Source: Gemmatimonadota bacterium
GTDB taxonomy: Bacteria; Gemmatimonadota; Gemmatimonadetes; Palauibacterales; Palauibacteraceae
Assembly: GCA_039585235.1 (NCBI GenBank)
Contig: JBDGWG010000002.1
Location: 27,346-91,345, forward strand
DNA length: 64,000 nt
Direction: 5' to 3'
Shown here: positions 39,212 through 49,216 of the stretch, piece after piece
Position numbering within the stretch: the first letter of the stretch is position 1
Layout: the number at the start of each line of letters is the position of its first letter
The notes under the pieces: generated by a model
The model's input: the letters and a program-made list of their open reading frames with translations, nothing else
What the model was told of the DNA's origin: nothing
Database searches by the model: none
Translations under genes and position numbers: made by a program

Positions 39212-42200
39212 TCAGGCGAAACAGAGGCGACGACCCGGCACCCGAAGCGCGGTACCCGGGCGTTCCGGTGGCGATGGACGGCAGCGAGGCGGTCGTGGAG
39301 ATGGAGACCGCCGCCAGCGAGGGGGCGGGAGCGTACCCGATCACCCCGTCCACTCAGATGGGCGAGGGGTGGGCCGCAGCGAAGGCCGCGGGAAGGACCA
39401 ACGTCAATGGCCGGCGGCTGCTGTTCTTCGAGCCGGAGGGGGAACACGCGGCGGCGGGGGTCACGGCCGGAATGAGCATGACCGGGCTCCGGGCGACCAA
39501 CTTCTCGAGCGGACAGGGCATCGCGTACATGCACGAGTCCCTGTACGCGGCCGTCGGAAAGCGCCTCACGTACGTGCTCAACGTCGCGGCCCGCGCCATG
39601 ACGAAGCACGCCCTGAACGTGCACGCCGGCCACGACGACTACCACGCCGTCGACGACACGGGGTTCTTTCAGGTATTCGCCAAGGACGTCCAGGGGATCG
39701 CCGACCTGACGCTGATCGCCCATCGGATCGCGGAGCTCAGCCTGAATCCGGGGCTCGTGGCGCAGGACGGCTTCCTGACGAGCCATGTGATCGAATCGGT
39801 GCGCTTGCCCGAGCGGGATCTCATCAAGGAGTACCTCGGAGATCCGGCGGACATGATCGAGTCTCCCACCCCGGCGCAGGTGCTCACGTTCGGCGCTACC
39901 CGCCGCCGGATCCCGGAAATGTTCGACCTGGACTACCCCGCCCTCCTCGGGTCGGTGCAGAACCAGGACGCGTACATGCAGGGTGTGGCGGCCCAGCGGC
40001 CGTTCTACTTCGATCACGTGCGGGAGCTCACTGATCAGGCCATGGCGGAGTATGCGGAGCTGACGGGCCGCCGGTACGAGCGGACCCTGGGCTACCTCAT
40101 GGATGACGCCGAGTACGTCCTGGTGGGCCAGGGCTCCGTCGTGTCGAACGCCGAGGCCGTGGCGGACTACCTGCGGGCGGAGCGCGGGCTCAAGGTCGGG
40201 GTGATGGACGTCGTGATGTTCCGCCCGTTCCCCGCCGATCTGATCAGCGCCATGCTGAAGGGCAAGAAGGGCGTCACGGTGCTGGAACGCTGCGACCAGC
40301 CGCTGGCCGTGGACCAGCCGCTGCTGCGGGAAATCCGGGCGGCCATGTCGCAGGGCCAGGAAAACAACCGCGCTTCTCGAGCCGCGAAGAACGGCTCGCG
40401 CCCCTTCCCTCTGGTGGCCGATGTCGCACCCGAGCAGGTGCCCGACTTCTACTCGGCCGGGTTCGGATTCGGGAGCCGGGACCTCCAACCGGCGGACCTC
40501 GTCCTCGCGGTGGAGAACATGCTTCCCGGAGGACGGACGCGGCGCCAATACTATCTCGGGATCGACTTCGTTCGTGAGGGCACGAAGCTCCCGAAGCTGG
40601 AGATCTGGCAGGAAGAACTGCTCGAGCATTACCCGGACCTCGGAGAGCGCGCGCTCGTGCCCGCAGGTGACATCAACCTGCTGCCCGAGGACGCCATCTC
40701 GATGCGCATCCACTCGGTGGGCGGCTGGGGTGCGATCACGATGGGTAAGAACGTGGTCATGACCGCGTTCGAGCTCGCGGGCCTCAACGTCAAGGCGAAT
40801 CCCAAGTACGGGTCCGAGAAGAAGGGCCAGCCGACCACGTTCTACGGCGTGCTCTCCCGCAAGCCGCTGCGCCTGAACGGTGAGCTCCAGTTCGTGAACG
40901 TCGTGCTGTCTCCGGATCCCAACGCGTTCAGCAACTCGAACCCGCTCGCCGGGCTGCAGCCGGGAGGCGTGTTCGTGATCCAGAGCGAACACGAGCCCGA
41001 TGCCCTGTGGGCCTCCCTGCCCGCGCAGGCGCGCCAGGTCATCCAGGAGAACGACATCAAGGTGTTCTCGGTCGACGCGTTCAAGATCGCCACCGAGGAG
41101 GCCACCGATCCGGATCTCCGATACCGGATGCAGGGAACCGCGTTCATGGGCGCCTTCTTCCGCACGTCGCCGTTCATGGAGGCGGAGGGCCTGGACGAGG
41201 AGACCCTGTTCGAGGGGATGCGGAAGCAGCTCGAGAAGAAGTTCGGGCACCTGGGCGAGCGCGTGGTGGAAGCCAACCTCAAGGTGATCCGGCGAGGCTT
41301 CGACGAAGTCCGGCCCATGGTGGTGCAGGGCGAGCTCGTGGGCGCCGGCCAGGTGATGGCGGAGGCGGCGGTGGGCCAGATTCCGACGCTACTCGATCAC
41401 TCCGACCAGGAGTGGGGGATCGGGAACCAGGGCCGGTTCTGGGAGCAGGTGTGCTCGCTGTGCGGACTCGACCAGGACGTGATCGCCGACCCGTTCGCGG
41501 CGATCAGCGCCATTCCGGCCGCCACCAGCACCGTGCGCGACATGTCGGACATCCGTTTCGAGATTCCGGAGTTCATCGCGTCGAAGTGCACGGGGTGCTC
41601 CCAGTGCTGGACGCAGTGCCCGGATGCGGCGATCCCGGGAGTGGTCAACTCGGTGGAGGACGTCCTCCAGGCGGCCATCAGGACCGCCCAGAACGGCAAG
41701 CCCCTGGACCGTATCCAGTCGGTGTCGGCCAACCTGGCCCGCGAGGCGCGCAAAGTCCTGAAAGCCGTCCCGTTCAAGACGTTCGGCGATACCGTCTCGA
41801 CGGCTTACGCCAACCTCGCGGAAAAGCTGCCTTGGGACGCCGAGCGCAAGAAGGAACTGGACGAGGAGTTCGCCGCCGTGTACTCGGTGCTCGCGGACTT
41901 CCCTCTCGCGAAGACGGTTCCGTTCTTCGACAACCACGAAAGCAAGGAAAAGGGCGCGGGCGGCCTCCTGTCGATCACCGTGAATCCCGAGGCCTGCAAG
42001 GGCTGCAACATCTGCGTGGACGTGTGCGCCGACGGCGCGCTCGTGACGGTGCATCAGAACGAGGAGAACCTGGACCTGCTGCGCCGCAACTGGAAGCTGT
42101 GGGAGAACCTTCCCGACACGGCCGACCGGTTCATCAACATCCGGAATCTGGAAGAGGGAATCGGAGTTCTTCCGTCGCTGCTGTTGAAGAAGGAGAACTA

Positions 42201-44337
42201 CCGCACGATGGCGGGAGGTGACGGGGCGTGCATGGGGTGCGGAGAGAAGACGGCCGTGCACCTGATCGTCTCGGCAGTCGAATCGCTGATGCAGCCCCGG
42301 GTCGAGAACTTCGTGGCCCGGATAGAGGAGCTGATCGAGACGCTGGACGGCCAGGCCCGCGAGCTGCTGTCCGCCGATGCGGACCTCGATCTTGCGGCGC
42401 TCGCCGATGGTGAGGCCGCGGAAGTCCCCCTGGACGACGAGAAGCGGGCGCAGCTCAAGCTGTACACGGATGCGATCGCCGCCCTCAAGGACCTGTTGTG
42501 GCGCTACACCAAGGGGCCGAGCGGCCAGGGACGCGCCAACATGGGAATCAGCAACAGCACCGGCTGCTCGTCGGTGTGGGGCAGCACCTTCCCGTACAAC
42601 CCGTATCCGTATCCGTGGGTGAACCACCTGTTCCAGGACTCGCCGTCCGTGGCTATCGGGATCTTCGAAGGCCACATGCGGAAGATGGCGGACGGGTTCA
42701 CCGCCGTGCGCCGGGCCCGGTTGCTCGCCGCCGGCGAGTACGACGCCGAGGTCCACGAGCCCGAGTTCGTCGAGCTCACGTGGCAGGACTTCACGGACGA
42801 GGAGTTCGACCTGTGTCCGCCGATCGTGGCGATGGGCGGCGACGGGGCGATGATGGACATCGGGTTCCAGAACCTGTCCCGGCTCCTCGCCTCAGGTAAG
42901 CCGATCCGGGTGGTCGTGCTGGACACCCAGGTCTACTCGAACACCGGCGGCCAGGCCTGCACGAGCGGGTTCATCGGACAGGTGTCCGACATGGCCGCGT
43001 ACGGCAAGGCCCAGCACGGCAAGGAGGAGACCCGCAAGGAGCTGGCGCTGATCGCCCTCGCGCACCGGGGAGCCTTCGTGCTCCAGTCCTCGCAGGCCTC
43101 GGCGTCGCACATGATCGGCGGCGTGATCCGGGCGCTGAAGTCGCCGCGGCCCGCCGTCATGAACATCTACACGCCGTGTCCGGTGGAGCATGGCCTTGCC
43201 GACGAGTGGGCGCCCAACGCCTCCCGCTTCGCCCTCGAGGGGCGCGCGTTCCCGTTCCTGATCTTCGATCCGGACGCCGGGTCGACGATCGCCGACTGCC
43301 TGGACCTGAGCGGCAACCCCGATCTCGACCAGACGTGGCCAACGTACGAGCTGGAGTACGCAGACGAGGACGGACATTCCCAGAAGATGGAGCTTCCGGT
43401 CACGACCGCGGACTGGGCGGCCACGGAGGGCCGGTTCAAGAAGCACTTCAAGCGGATCAAGCCGGCGGACTGGGACGACGAGCAGGTGCTGTTCCATGAA
43501 TTCCTGGACCTGTCGGAGGACGCGCGGGTCGGCAAGAAGCCCTTCATCTGGGTGATCGACGCGGACAAGAAGCTCGGCCGCCTGGCGTGCTCGATGGAGA
43601 TGGTGCTGCTCGGCGAGGACCGGCTCCTGTACTGGTCGCAGATGAAGGAGCTGGCGGGTCTCGAGGTCCCCGCATCGGTGCGGGCCGACATCGCAGACGA
43701 CATGGAGGCCGAGTTCGAGGCGAAGGCCGCGGCGATCCGCACGGATTACGAGGCGCAGCTCGCGGAGCTCCGCATGAGCTACCCGGCGCTCGTCGCCCGA
43801 CGGATGGCCGAAGGTCTCCTGGCCTCCGGAGACGGGAACCTGACGGTGGCCGAGATCCTGGCCCGGGCGAACGCCGATCCGGACCTGCAGCCGATCACCG
43901 CCGAGGCCGTGGCCGGGCTGGCCGGCGGACTGGGCGTGGACGTGGGCGGCGGAAACGGTGGCGCGACGATCACGGTCGCCCCGGCGGAAGCCGTCGCGGG
44001 GTCCGTGGCGATCGCGGAGGCCACCGAGGTCGCGGAAGTGCCGGTCGCCCCGGCGCCGGCCGCCGAAGACGACGAGGACGATGCCCTCGTGATGGACCCG
44101 TACATCGAGACGGCCCGCTGCACCTCGTGCGACGAGTGCATCAACATCAACAAGAAACTGTTCGCATACGACGAGAACAAGCAGGCGTACATCAAGGACA
44201 GGAACGCCGGCACGTTCGCCGAAATCGTTCAGGCGGCCGAGAAGTGCACCGCCGAGATCATCCACCCGGGCACGCCGCTCAACAAGAAGGAGAAGGACAT
44301 CGAGAAGTGGATCGAGCGGGCGCAGCCGTTCAACTGA
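39208..44337 (+). CDS. pyruvate:ferredoxin (flavodoxin) oxidoreductase, unusually long (1709 aa) with internal insertion and about 385-aa C-terminal extension ending in a ferredoxin-like CxxCxxC...C domain
   Basis: PFOR domains I-VI are recognisable (GAYPITPSTQM, the 2x[4Fe-4S] domain CTGCSQCWTQCP / CKGCNICVDVCA, and the TPP domain GGDGAMMDIG...VLDTQVYSNTGGQ). An insertion of about 100 aa lies between CMGCGEKT and STGCSSVWGS. The C-terminal extension holds a coiled-coil, an Ala/Gly/Val/Glu-rich linker, and RCTSCDECIN...EKCTAEII. ATGA overlap with the rnfB stop. Confidence 0.85.
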   Translation: MIRRNRGDDPAPEARYPGVPVAMDGSEAVVEMETAASEGAGAYPITPSTQMGEGWAAAKAAGRTNVNGRRLLFFEPEGEHAAAGVTAGMSMTGLRATNFSSGQGIAYMHESLYAAVGKRLTYVLNVAARAMTKHALNVHAGHDDYHAVDDTGFFQVFAKDVQGIADLTLIAHRIAELSLNPGLVAQDGFLTSHVIESVRLPERDLIKEYLGDPADMIESPTPAQVLTFGATRRRIPEMFDLDYPALLGSVQNQDAYMQGVAAQRPFYFDHVRELTDQAMAEYAELTGRRYERTLGYLMDDAEYVLVGQGSVVSNAEAVADYLRAERGLKVGVMDVVMFRPFPADLISAMLKGKKGVTVLERCDQPLAVDQPLLREIRAAMSQGQENNRASRAAKNGSRPFPLVADVAPEQVPDFYSAGFGFGSRDLQPADLVLAVENMLPGGRTRRQYYLGIDFVREGTKLPKLEIWQEELLEHYPDLGERALVPAGDINLLPEDAISMRIHSVGGWGAITMGKNVVMTAFELAGLNVKANPKYGSEKKGQPTTFYGVLSRKPLRLNGELQFVNVVLSPDPNAFSNSNPLAGLQPGGVFVIQSEHEPDALWASLPAQARQVIQENDIKVFSVDAFKIATEEATDPDLRYRMQGTAFMGAFFRTSPFMEAEGLDEETLFEGMRKQLEKKFGHLGERVVEANLKVIRRGFDEVRPMVVQGELVGAGQVMAEAAVGQIPTLLDHSDQEWGIGNQGRFWEQVCSLCGLDQDVIADPFAAISAIPAATSTVRDMSDIRFEIPEFIASKCTGCSQCWTQCPDAAIPGVVNSVEDVLQAAIRTAQNGKPLDRIQSVSANLAREARKVLKAVPFKTFGDTVSTAYANLAEKLPWDAERKKELDEEFAAVYSVLADFPLAKTVPFFDNHESKEKGAGGLLSITVNPEACKGCNICVDVCADGALVTVHQNEENLDLLRRNWKLWENLPDTADRFINIRNLEEGIGVLPSLLLKKENYRTMAGGDGACMGCGEKTAVHLIVSAVESLMQPRVENFVARIEELIETLDGQARELLSADADLDLAALADGEAAEVPLDDEKRAQLKLYTDAIAALKDLLWRYTKGPSGQGRANMGISNSTGCSSVWGSTFPYNPYPYPWVNHLFQDSPSVAIGIFEGHMRKMADGFTAVRRARLLAAGEYDAEVHEPEFVELTWQDFTDEEFDLCPPIVAMGGDGAMMDIGFQNLSRLLASGKPIRVVVLDTQVYSNTGGQACTSGFIGQVSDMAAYGKAQHGKEETRKELALIALAHRGAFVLQSSQASASHMIGGVIRALKSPRPAVMNIYTPCPVEHGLADEWAPNASRFALEGRAFPFLIFDPDAGSTIADCLDLSGNPDLDQTWPTYELEYADEDGHSQKMELPVTTADWAATEGRFKKHFKRIKPADWDDEQVLFHEFLDLSEDARVGKKPFIWVIDADKKLGRLACSMEMVLLGEDRLLYWSQMKELAGLEVPASVRADIADDMEAEFEAKAAAIRTDYEAQLAELRMSYPALVARRMAEGLLASGDGNLTVAEILARANADPDLQPITAEAVAGLAGGLGVDVGGGNGGATITVAPAEAVAGSVAIAEATEVAEVPVAPAPAAEDDEDDALVMDPYIETARCTSCDECININKKLFAYDENKQAYIKDRNAGTFAEIVQAAEKCTAEIIHPGTPLNKKEKDIEKWIERAQPFN

Positions 44338-44370
44338 TCCTGAAACGCGCGGGCGGCTGAGAGGAAGGCA

Positions 44371-45696
44371 ATGCTCGGATCCAGCACATTCAGACACGGC
44401 GTGCACCCGCCGGAGACCAAGCAGCTGACCGAGAGCGTGCCGGTGCGGCGCATGCCGTTCCCCGAGGAGATCGTCCTTCCTCTACGCCAGCACGCCGGCC
44501 GGCCGGCCCGTCTGCTCGTGAAGGTCGGCGATCACGTCGAGCGGGGCGACAAGGTGGCCGAGGCGGACGGTTTCGTCTCGGTCCCGATCCATGCTTCCGC
44601 CGCCGGCACGGTGAAGGGCATGCGGCTGTGTCCCCATCCGGACGGGTCGATGGCCGAGTCAGTGGTCATCGCAGTGGACCGGTACTCCCCACAGGTACCG
44701 AGGCCGCGCATCGTCCCCAGGTGGGAAGGCCTGTCGCCGCAGCAGGTGGTGGAGGAGGTCCAGAAGGCCGGAGTCGTGGGTCTCGGGGGCGCCGCCTTCC
44801 CGACGCACGTGAAGCTGCTCCCTCCGGAGGACGTCCCCGTTCACACTCTGATCATCAACGGAGCGGAGTGCGAACCGTACCTGACCACCGATCACCGCAC
44901 GATGGTCGAGTATCCGGAGAGAGTGCAGTTCGGGAGCCGGATCATGATGAAGGCGCTGGGCGTCGAGAAGGCGGTCATCGGAGTCGAGAAGAACAAGCCG
45001 GACGCCATCGCCCGGCTGCGCGCGACCTTGCCCGACGACCTCGACGTTTCCGTGGTGCCGCTCACGGTAAAGTATCCGCAGGGCGCCGAGAAGATGCTGA
45101 TCAAGGCGGTGACGGGGCGTGAGGTCCCTTCCGGCAAGCTTCCGATGAACGTGGGCGTCGTGGTGCAGAACGTCGGGTCCATCGCCTGTATCGGAGAGAT
45201 CTTCGAGACCGGTTACCCCCTGATCGAGCGCGTCGTGACCGTCACCGGGCCCGGGGTCCGGAAGCCCTCGAACCTGATCGTCCCCGTGGGCACGCGGCTC
45301 CGGGACGTCCTGGAGTTCTGCGACGGGCTGACCGAGGACGCCGCCCAGATCGTGTTTGGCGGCCCCATGATGGGGGCCGCGCAGCCCGACCTCGACACCC
45401 CCCTCATCAAGGGCACGACAGGCGTGGTCGTGCTCACGAGCGAGGAGGCCCGGTCCGTGGAGCGCTATCCGTGCATCCACTGCGGTCGCTGCCTCGAGGC
45501 GTGTCCCGTGTTCCTCAACCCATCGCTCCTCGGCACGCAGGCGCAGGCGGGCCGGTACGAGGAGATGGAAGCCTCGCACCTCATGGACTGCATGCTGTGC
45601 GGGTGCTGCTCGTACGTATGCCCGTCGAACATCCCGCTGTCGCAGATGTTCGCGCTCGGAAAGAACATGCTCCGCAAGCGGAAGGCGGCGGCATGA
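44371..45696 (+). CDS. rnfC: Rnf complex subunit C
   Basis: GAAFPTHVKL motif and two ferredoxin motifs CIHCGRCLEACP / CMLCGCCSYVCP, 441 aa. Confidence 0.9.
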   Translation: MLGSSTFRHGVHPPETKQLTESVPVRRMPFPEEIVLPLRQHAGRPARLLVKVGDHVERGDKVAEADGFVSVPIHASAAGTVKGMRLCPHPDGSMAESVVIAVDRYSPQVPRPRIVPRWEGLSPQQVVEEVQKAGVVGLGGAAFPTHVKLLPPEDVPVHTLIINGAECEPYLTTDHRTMVEYPERVQFGSRIMMKALGVEKAVIGVEKNKPDAIARLRATLPDDLDVSVVPLTVKYPQGAEKMLIKAVTGREVPSGKLPMNVGVVVQNVGSIACIGEIFETGYPLIERVVTVTGPGVRKPSNLIVPVGTRLRDVLEFCDGLTEDAAQIVFGGPMMGAAQPDLDTPLIKGTTGVVVLTSEEARSVERYPCIHCGRCLEACPVFLNPSLLGTQAQAGRYEEMEASHLMDCMLCGCCSYVCPSNIPLSQMFALGKNMLRKRKAAA

Positions 45697-46760
45697 GCGA
45701 TGCGAGCCCCGGACGCGGACCGGGCGCTGGTACCTATCTCGATTCCCTGACCGAAATCCGGCTGAGGATCGCGGCCTCGCCGCACCTGCGGTCCTCCCAC
45801 TCCACGCCCCGCATCATGTGGAACGTGGTGGGATCGCTCGTGCCGATCCTGGCGGTCGCGACGTACTTCTTCGGCCCGAGCGCGCTCCTGGTCGTCGGCG
45901 CCGCCACTATCGGCGCCGTGGGCACGGAGCGCCTGTTCGGCCACAAGGGCAGCACGGCGGACGGCTCGGCCGTGATCACGGGCCTTCTGCTCGGCCTGAT
46001 CCTGCCACCTGGTTTTCCCCTGTGGATGGCTTTCCTCGGCGGCGTGTTCGGGGTCGGGTTCGGCAAGCTCATCTTCGGTGGGCTGGGACAGAACGTGTTC
46101 AACCCGGCCCTCCTGGGGCGGGCGTTCCTGCAAGCGGCCTTCCCGATCGCGATCACCACCTGGCCGGTCCAGCCGGTGAGCTGGTGGTCGCTGCGGGGCG
46201 ACAACTTCGCGTTGCCCCTGATGTCTCCGGGCGCACCCGACGTAGCCACCGGCGCCACGCCGCTCGGCCTCATGAAGTTCGAGGGACTGTCCACGAACAC
46301 GCTCGATCTCATGATGGGTTCGACCGCCGGCTCGATCGGCGAAACGGCCGGGCTGCTGATCCTGGTGTGCGGGGGCTATCTGGCTCTGAGGAAGTATCTC
46401 GACTGGCGGATCCCCCTGAGCATCTTTCTCACGGTGTTCGCGTTCTCGGGCCTCCTGTACCTGATCGGCCCCGACCGCTTCCCCAACCCCGTGTTCATGC
46501 TGTTCTCCGGTGGCCTCATGCTCGGCGCCCTGTACATGGCCACCGACCTGGTCACGTCACCCGTGACGCCAGCAGGCTCGTGGATCTTCGGCATCGGCAT
46601 CGGGCTGCTCGTCGTCCTCATCCGGGTATGGGGTGGGCTGCCGGAAGGGGTGATGTACGCGATCCTGTTCATGAACGCGCTCGTGCCGTTCATCGACCGG
46701 GCCACGCAACCGCGGGTGTTCGGGCAGCCGCGCCGGAAGCCGAAGGGAGCGGAGGCATGA
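45693..46760 (+). CDS. rnfD: Rnf complex subunit D
   Basis: Polytopic NqrB/RnfD-like sequence (IGAVGTERLF, the flavinylation region TGATPLG). ATGA overlap with rnfC. Confidence 0.85.
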   Translation: MSDASPGRGPGAGTYLDSLTEIRLRIAASPHLRSSHSTPRIMWNVVGSLVPILAVATYFFGPSALLVVGAATIGAVGTERLFGHKGSTADGSAVITGLLLGLILPPGFPLWMAFLGGVFGVGFGKLIFGGLGQNVFNPALLGRAFLQAAFPIAITTWPVQPVSWWSLRGDNFALPLMSPGAPDVATGATPLGLMKFEGLSTNTLDLMMGSTAGSIGETAGLLILVCGGYLALRKYLDWRIPLSIFLTVFAFSGLLYLIGPDRFPNPVFMLFSGGLMLGALYMATDLVTSPVTPAGSWIFGIGIGLLVVLIRVWGGLPEGVMYAILFMNALVPFIDRATQPRVFGQPRRKPKGAEA

Positions 46761-47527
46761 AGGAGCTCCCCACGGCCCAGGTCGACGACGGCGGCTCGGA
46801 TTCCGGTATGCCAGGACCTCCGCAGGTAGCCTCCGGGAAGCTGATGGCCACACTGGCCATCGCGGGTGCTGTCGCGGGCCTGGCGATCGTGCTCGTGTTC
46901 CAGTGGGCCGATCCGCAGATCCAGGCGCACCGGGCAGCCGCGCTCCGCGCCGCCGTGCTCGAGGTCCTGAGCGAGCCGGCGAGCTATCAGTCCCTGTACG
47001 TGACTGACGCAGGTCTCAGTGATGCGGCGCCGGCGGGGGTGGACACGGTCAGGGCGGAGAAGGTGTTTCTCGGCTTCGACGAAGCGGGGGATCCGGTCGG
47101 CTACGCCGTCACGGGGGCCGAGCCTGGTTTTCAGGACTTCATTCACCTGATCTTCGGGTTCGATCCGGGCGCGGGGCGCCTGCTCGGGATGAAGGTCCTC
47201 GAGAGCAAGGAGACGCCCGGCCTCGGCGACAAGATCTACAAGGACATGGACTTCGTGACCGAATTCCAGGGGGTGGAAGCTCCGATCGTGGGGGTTAAGC
47301 CGGGAAGGGCGACGGGCGCCGCCAACGAGGTGGATATGATCACCGGAGCCACGATCTCCTCGCGCACCGTGATCGGGATCATCAACCACCGGGTCGAGGA
47401 GCTGGGCTCCGACATGGAAGCGCACGCGGCTACCGGCCCCCGGGCGATGGAAAGACCTGATCCGGCCGCCACGGACGAAGCCGGCGGGGACGAAGCCGGC
47501 GCGCACGGGGGTGAGGCAGGGTCATGA
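46757..47527 (+). CDS. rnfG: Rnf complex subunit G (FMN-binding)
   Basis: N-terminal TM and the FMN_bind motif MITGATISSRTV. ATGA overlap with rnfD. Confidence 0.85.
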   Translation: MKELPTAQVDDGGSDSGMPGPPQVASGKLMATLAIAGAVAGLAIVLVFQWADPQIQAHRAAALRAAVLEVLSEPASYQSLYVTDAGLSDAAPAGVDTVRAEKVFLGFDEAGDPVGYAVTGAEPGFQDFIHLIFGFDPGAGRLLGMKVLESKETPGLGDKIYKDMDFVTEFQGVEAPIVGVKPGRATGAANEVDMITGATISSRTVIGIINHRVEELGSDMEAHAATGPRAMERPDPAATDEAGGDEAGAHGGEAGS

Positions 47528-48186
47528 GAGAAACCACGCCGCGCGAAGACCTGATCCGGGGCATCTGGAAGGAAAACCCGGTGCTGGTGCAGCTCCTCGG
47601 ACTGTGCCCTGCCCTGGCGGTCACCAACACGGTTCCCAACAGCATCGCCATGGGTCTCGCCACCTTCTTCGTGCTCATGGGGTCGAGCCTTCTCGTTTCC
47701 TTGTTCAAGAACTGGATCCCCTCCGAGGTCCGGATCTCCGCGTACATCCTGATCATAGCGACGTTCGTCACCATCGCCGACTTCGTGCTCGCGGCGGTCG
47801 TGCCCCTGATCCACAAGGAGCTTGGCGCTTTCATCGCGCTGATCGTCGTCAACTGCATGATACTCGGCCGTCAGGAGGCGTTCGCGTCCAAGAGGCCCGT
47901 CGGAAGGTCTCTTCTCGACGCGGCGGGAACCGGTGCCGGCTTCATGATCGCGATGCTGATGATGGGCACGTTTCGTGAAGTACTCGGGAACGGATCCATC
48001 ATGGGATACAGCGTCCTCGGCGAGAACTTCGAGCCGTGGATCGTGATGATCCTGCCACCGGGCGGCTTCCTCACACTGGGCTTCATCCTCCTCGGCTTCG
48101 GCTGGTGGAAGCAGCGCCAGGCGGAATCGATCCGGGTGCGGCAGTGGCCGCACGGGGTGGCGAGCGGAGAGGAGGAGGCGGCGTGA
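47524..48186 (+). CDS. rnfE: Rnf complex subunit E
   Basis: NPVLVQLLGLCPALAVTN... NqrD/RnfE signature. ATGA overlap with rnfG. Confidence 0.9.
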   Translation: MRETTPREDLIRGIWKENPVLVQLLGLCPALAVTNTVPNSIAMGLATFFVLMGSSLLVSLFKNWIPSEVRISAYILIIATFVTIADFVLAAVVPLIHKELGAFIALIVVNCMILGRQEAFASKRPVGRSLLDAAGTGAGFMIAMLMMGTFREVLGNGSIMGYSVLGENFEPWIVMILPPGGFLTLGFILLGFGWWKQRQAESIRVRQWPHGVASGEEEAA

Positions 48187-48761
48187 TGGGCGAGCTGTTC
48201 TGGATCCTCCTCTCGGCGATGCTGGTCAACAACTTCACCCTGCATCTGTTCCTCGGCCTGTGCCCGTTCATGGGCGTGTCGGCGAAGGTAGAGACGGCGC
48301 TGCGCATGGGGCTCGCGAACATCTTCGTCCTTGTGATGACCTCGGTGTGCGTGTGGCTCCTGAACACGTTCATCCTGGTCTACGCCCCGTATTTGAGGCT
48401 GATTTCGTTCATAGTCGTGATCGCGTCCTTCGTGCAGATCACGGAGATGGCGATCAAGAAGTTCAGCCCCACCCTGTTTCGGCAGCTCGGGATCTTCCTG
48501 CCGCTGATCACCACGAACTGCGCGATCCTCGGATACGCGATCTTCAATACGAACCGGGGCTATGGCTTCCTGCAGGGCCTGTTCTTCGCCATTGGGGCCG
48601 GCCTCGGACTCACTCTGGCCCTCGTGCTGATGGCGTCGATCCGCGAGACGTCGGAGACCGCCAGCATCCCGGCCGTGGCCCGCAACATGGGCCTGGTGCT
48701 GATAATCGCGGGTAGTCTTTCGCTGGCGTTCATGGGCTTCGCGGGGCTGTTCACATCGTGA
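48186..48761 (+). CDS. rnfA: Rnf complex subunit A
   Basis: LVNNFTLHLFLGLCPFMGVS... NqrE/RnfA signature. TGATG overlap with rnfE. Confidence 0.9.
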   Translation: MGELFWILLSAMLVNNFTLHLFLGLCPFMGVSAKVETALRMGLANIFVLVMTSVCVWLLNTFILVYAPYLRLISFIVVIASFVQITEMAIKKFSPTLFRQLGIFLPLITTNCAILGYAIFNTNRGYGFLQGLFFAIGAGLGLTLALVLMASIRETSETASIPAVARNMGLVLIIAGSLSLAFMGFAGLFTS

Positions 48762-48810
48762 TTATCGCGCGGCAACTTTGCGGGCAGGGCGTACGTAGAG
48801 GGGCACAGAA

Positions 48811-48966
48811 ATGACCACGTTTCTGGCGATCGCCGGACTCGCCTTGCTGTTCGTGGTGTTCGGTGCCTTCCGTCCCGGTGCGAAGGGGACGTGCGGCGAC
48901 TGCTCGTGCGCCGAGGGCACGTGCCAACTCGAAGAAGAGGAAGCGTCGGACCTCCACCATTCCTGA
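48811..48966 (+). CDS. small Cys-rich membrane protein (51 aa; FeoB-associated Cys-rich membrane protein-like: TM helix followed by CGDCSCAEGTC)
   Basis: Not in the ORF track because it is under 60 aa. It has an AGAGGGG RBS 7 nt upstream and reads MTTFLAIAGLALLFVVFGAFRPGAKGTCGDCSCAEGTCQLEEEEASDLHHS. Confidence 0.55.
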   Translation: MTTFLAIAGLALLFVVFGAFRPGAKGTCGDCSCAEGTCQLEEEEASDLHHS

Positions 48967-48979
48967 GGAAGGACCACAG

Positions 48980-49213
48980 ATGGACAGGCATTGGGCCTAC
49001 TGTTCGGCGTGCGACAGGCAGGTCGAGGTCATGGTGAGACCAGCCGGGCCGGCGGACCCTTCGACCGGAAAGCGGGTGGACGAACTCGTGTGCCTGGAGG
49101 TGGGTCATACGTGCACGGGTGCGTTGTGCCCGATCGCGGACGTCACGCCGGAAGAGATGCGCGACGCCCTGGACCGCACCTGGGCGCAGCCTGACTCAAG
49201 GGGAGAGGAGTAA
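48980..49213 (+). CDS. small cysteine-containing protein (77 aa, CxxC...C...C...C, putative zinc-ribbon-like)
   Basis: MDRHWAYCSACDRQVEV... with a GGAAGGA RBS. The upstream extension of the ORF-track ORF is Arg-rich and overlaps the 51-aa gene out of frame. Confidence 0.5.
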   Translation: MDRHWAYCSACDRQVEVMVRPAGPADPSTGKRVDELVCLEVGHTCTGALCPIADVTPEEMRDALDRTWAQPDSRGEE

Positions 49214-49216
49214 GCC

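Noticed and set aside
39208-44337. Possibility that the 1709-aa PFOR is an artefactual fusion of two genes (PFOR plus a separate ferredoxin)
   Set aside because: It is a single uninterrupted frame with no internal RBS/start pattern near the low-complexity linker, and the codon usage is uniform. It cannot be excluded without read-level data, so I kept it as a finding with that caveat.
48863-48979. N-terminal extension (MPSVPVRRGRAATARAPRAR…) of the 116-aa ORF overlapping the 51-aa Cys-rich membrane peptide gene
   Set aside because: The Arg-rich extension has no RBS. The in-frame ATG at 48980 has a good RBS, and the 51-aa gene in the other frame has clear TM+Cys-cluster features.
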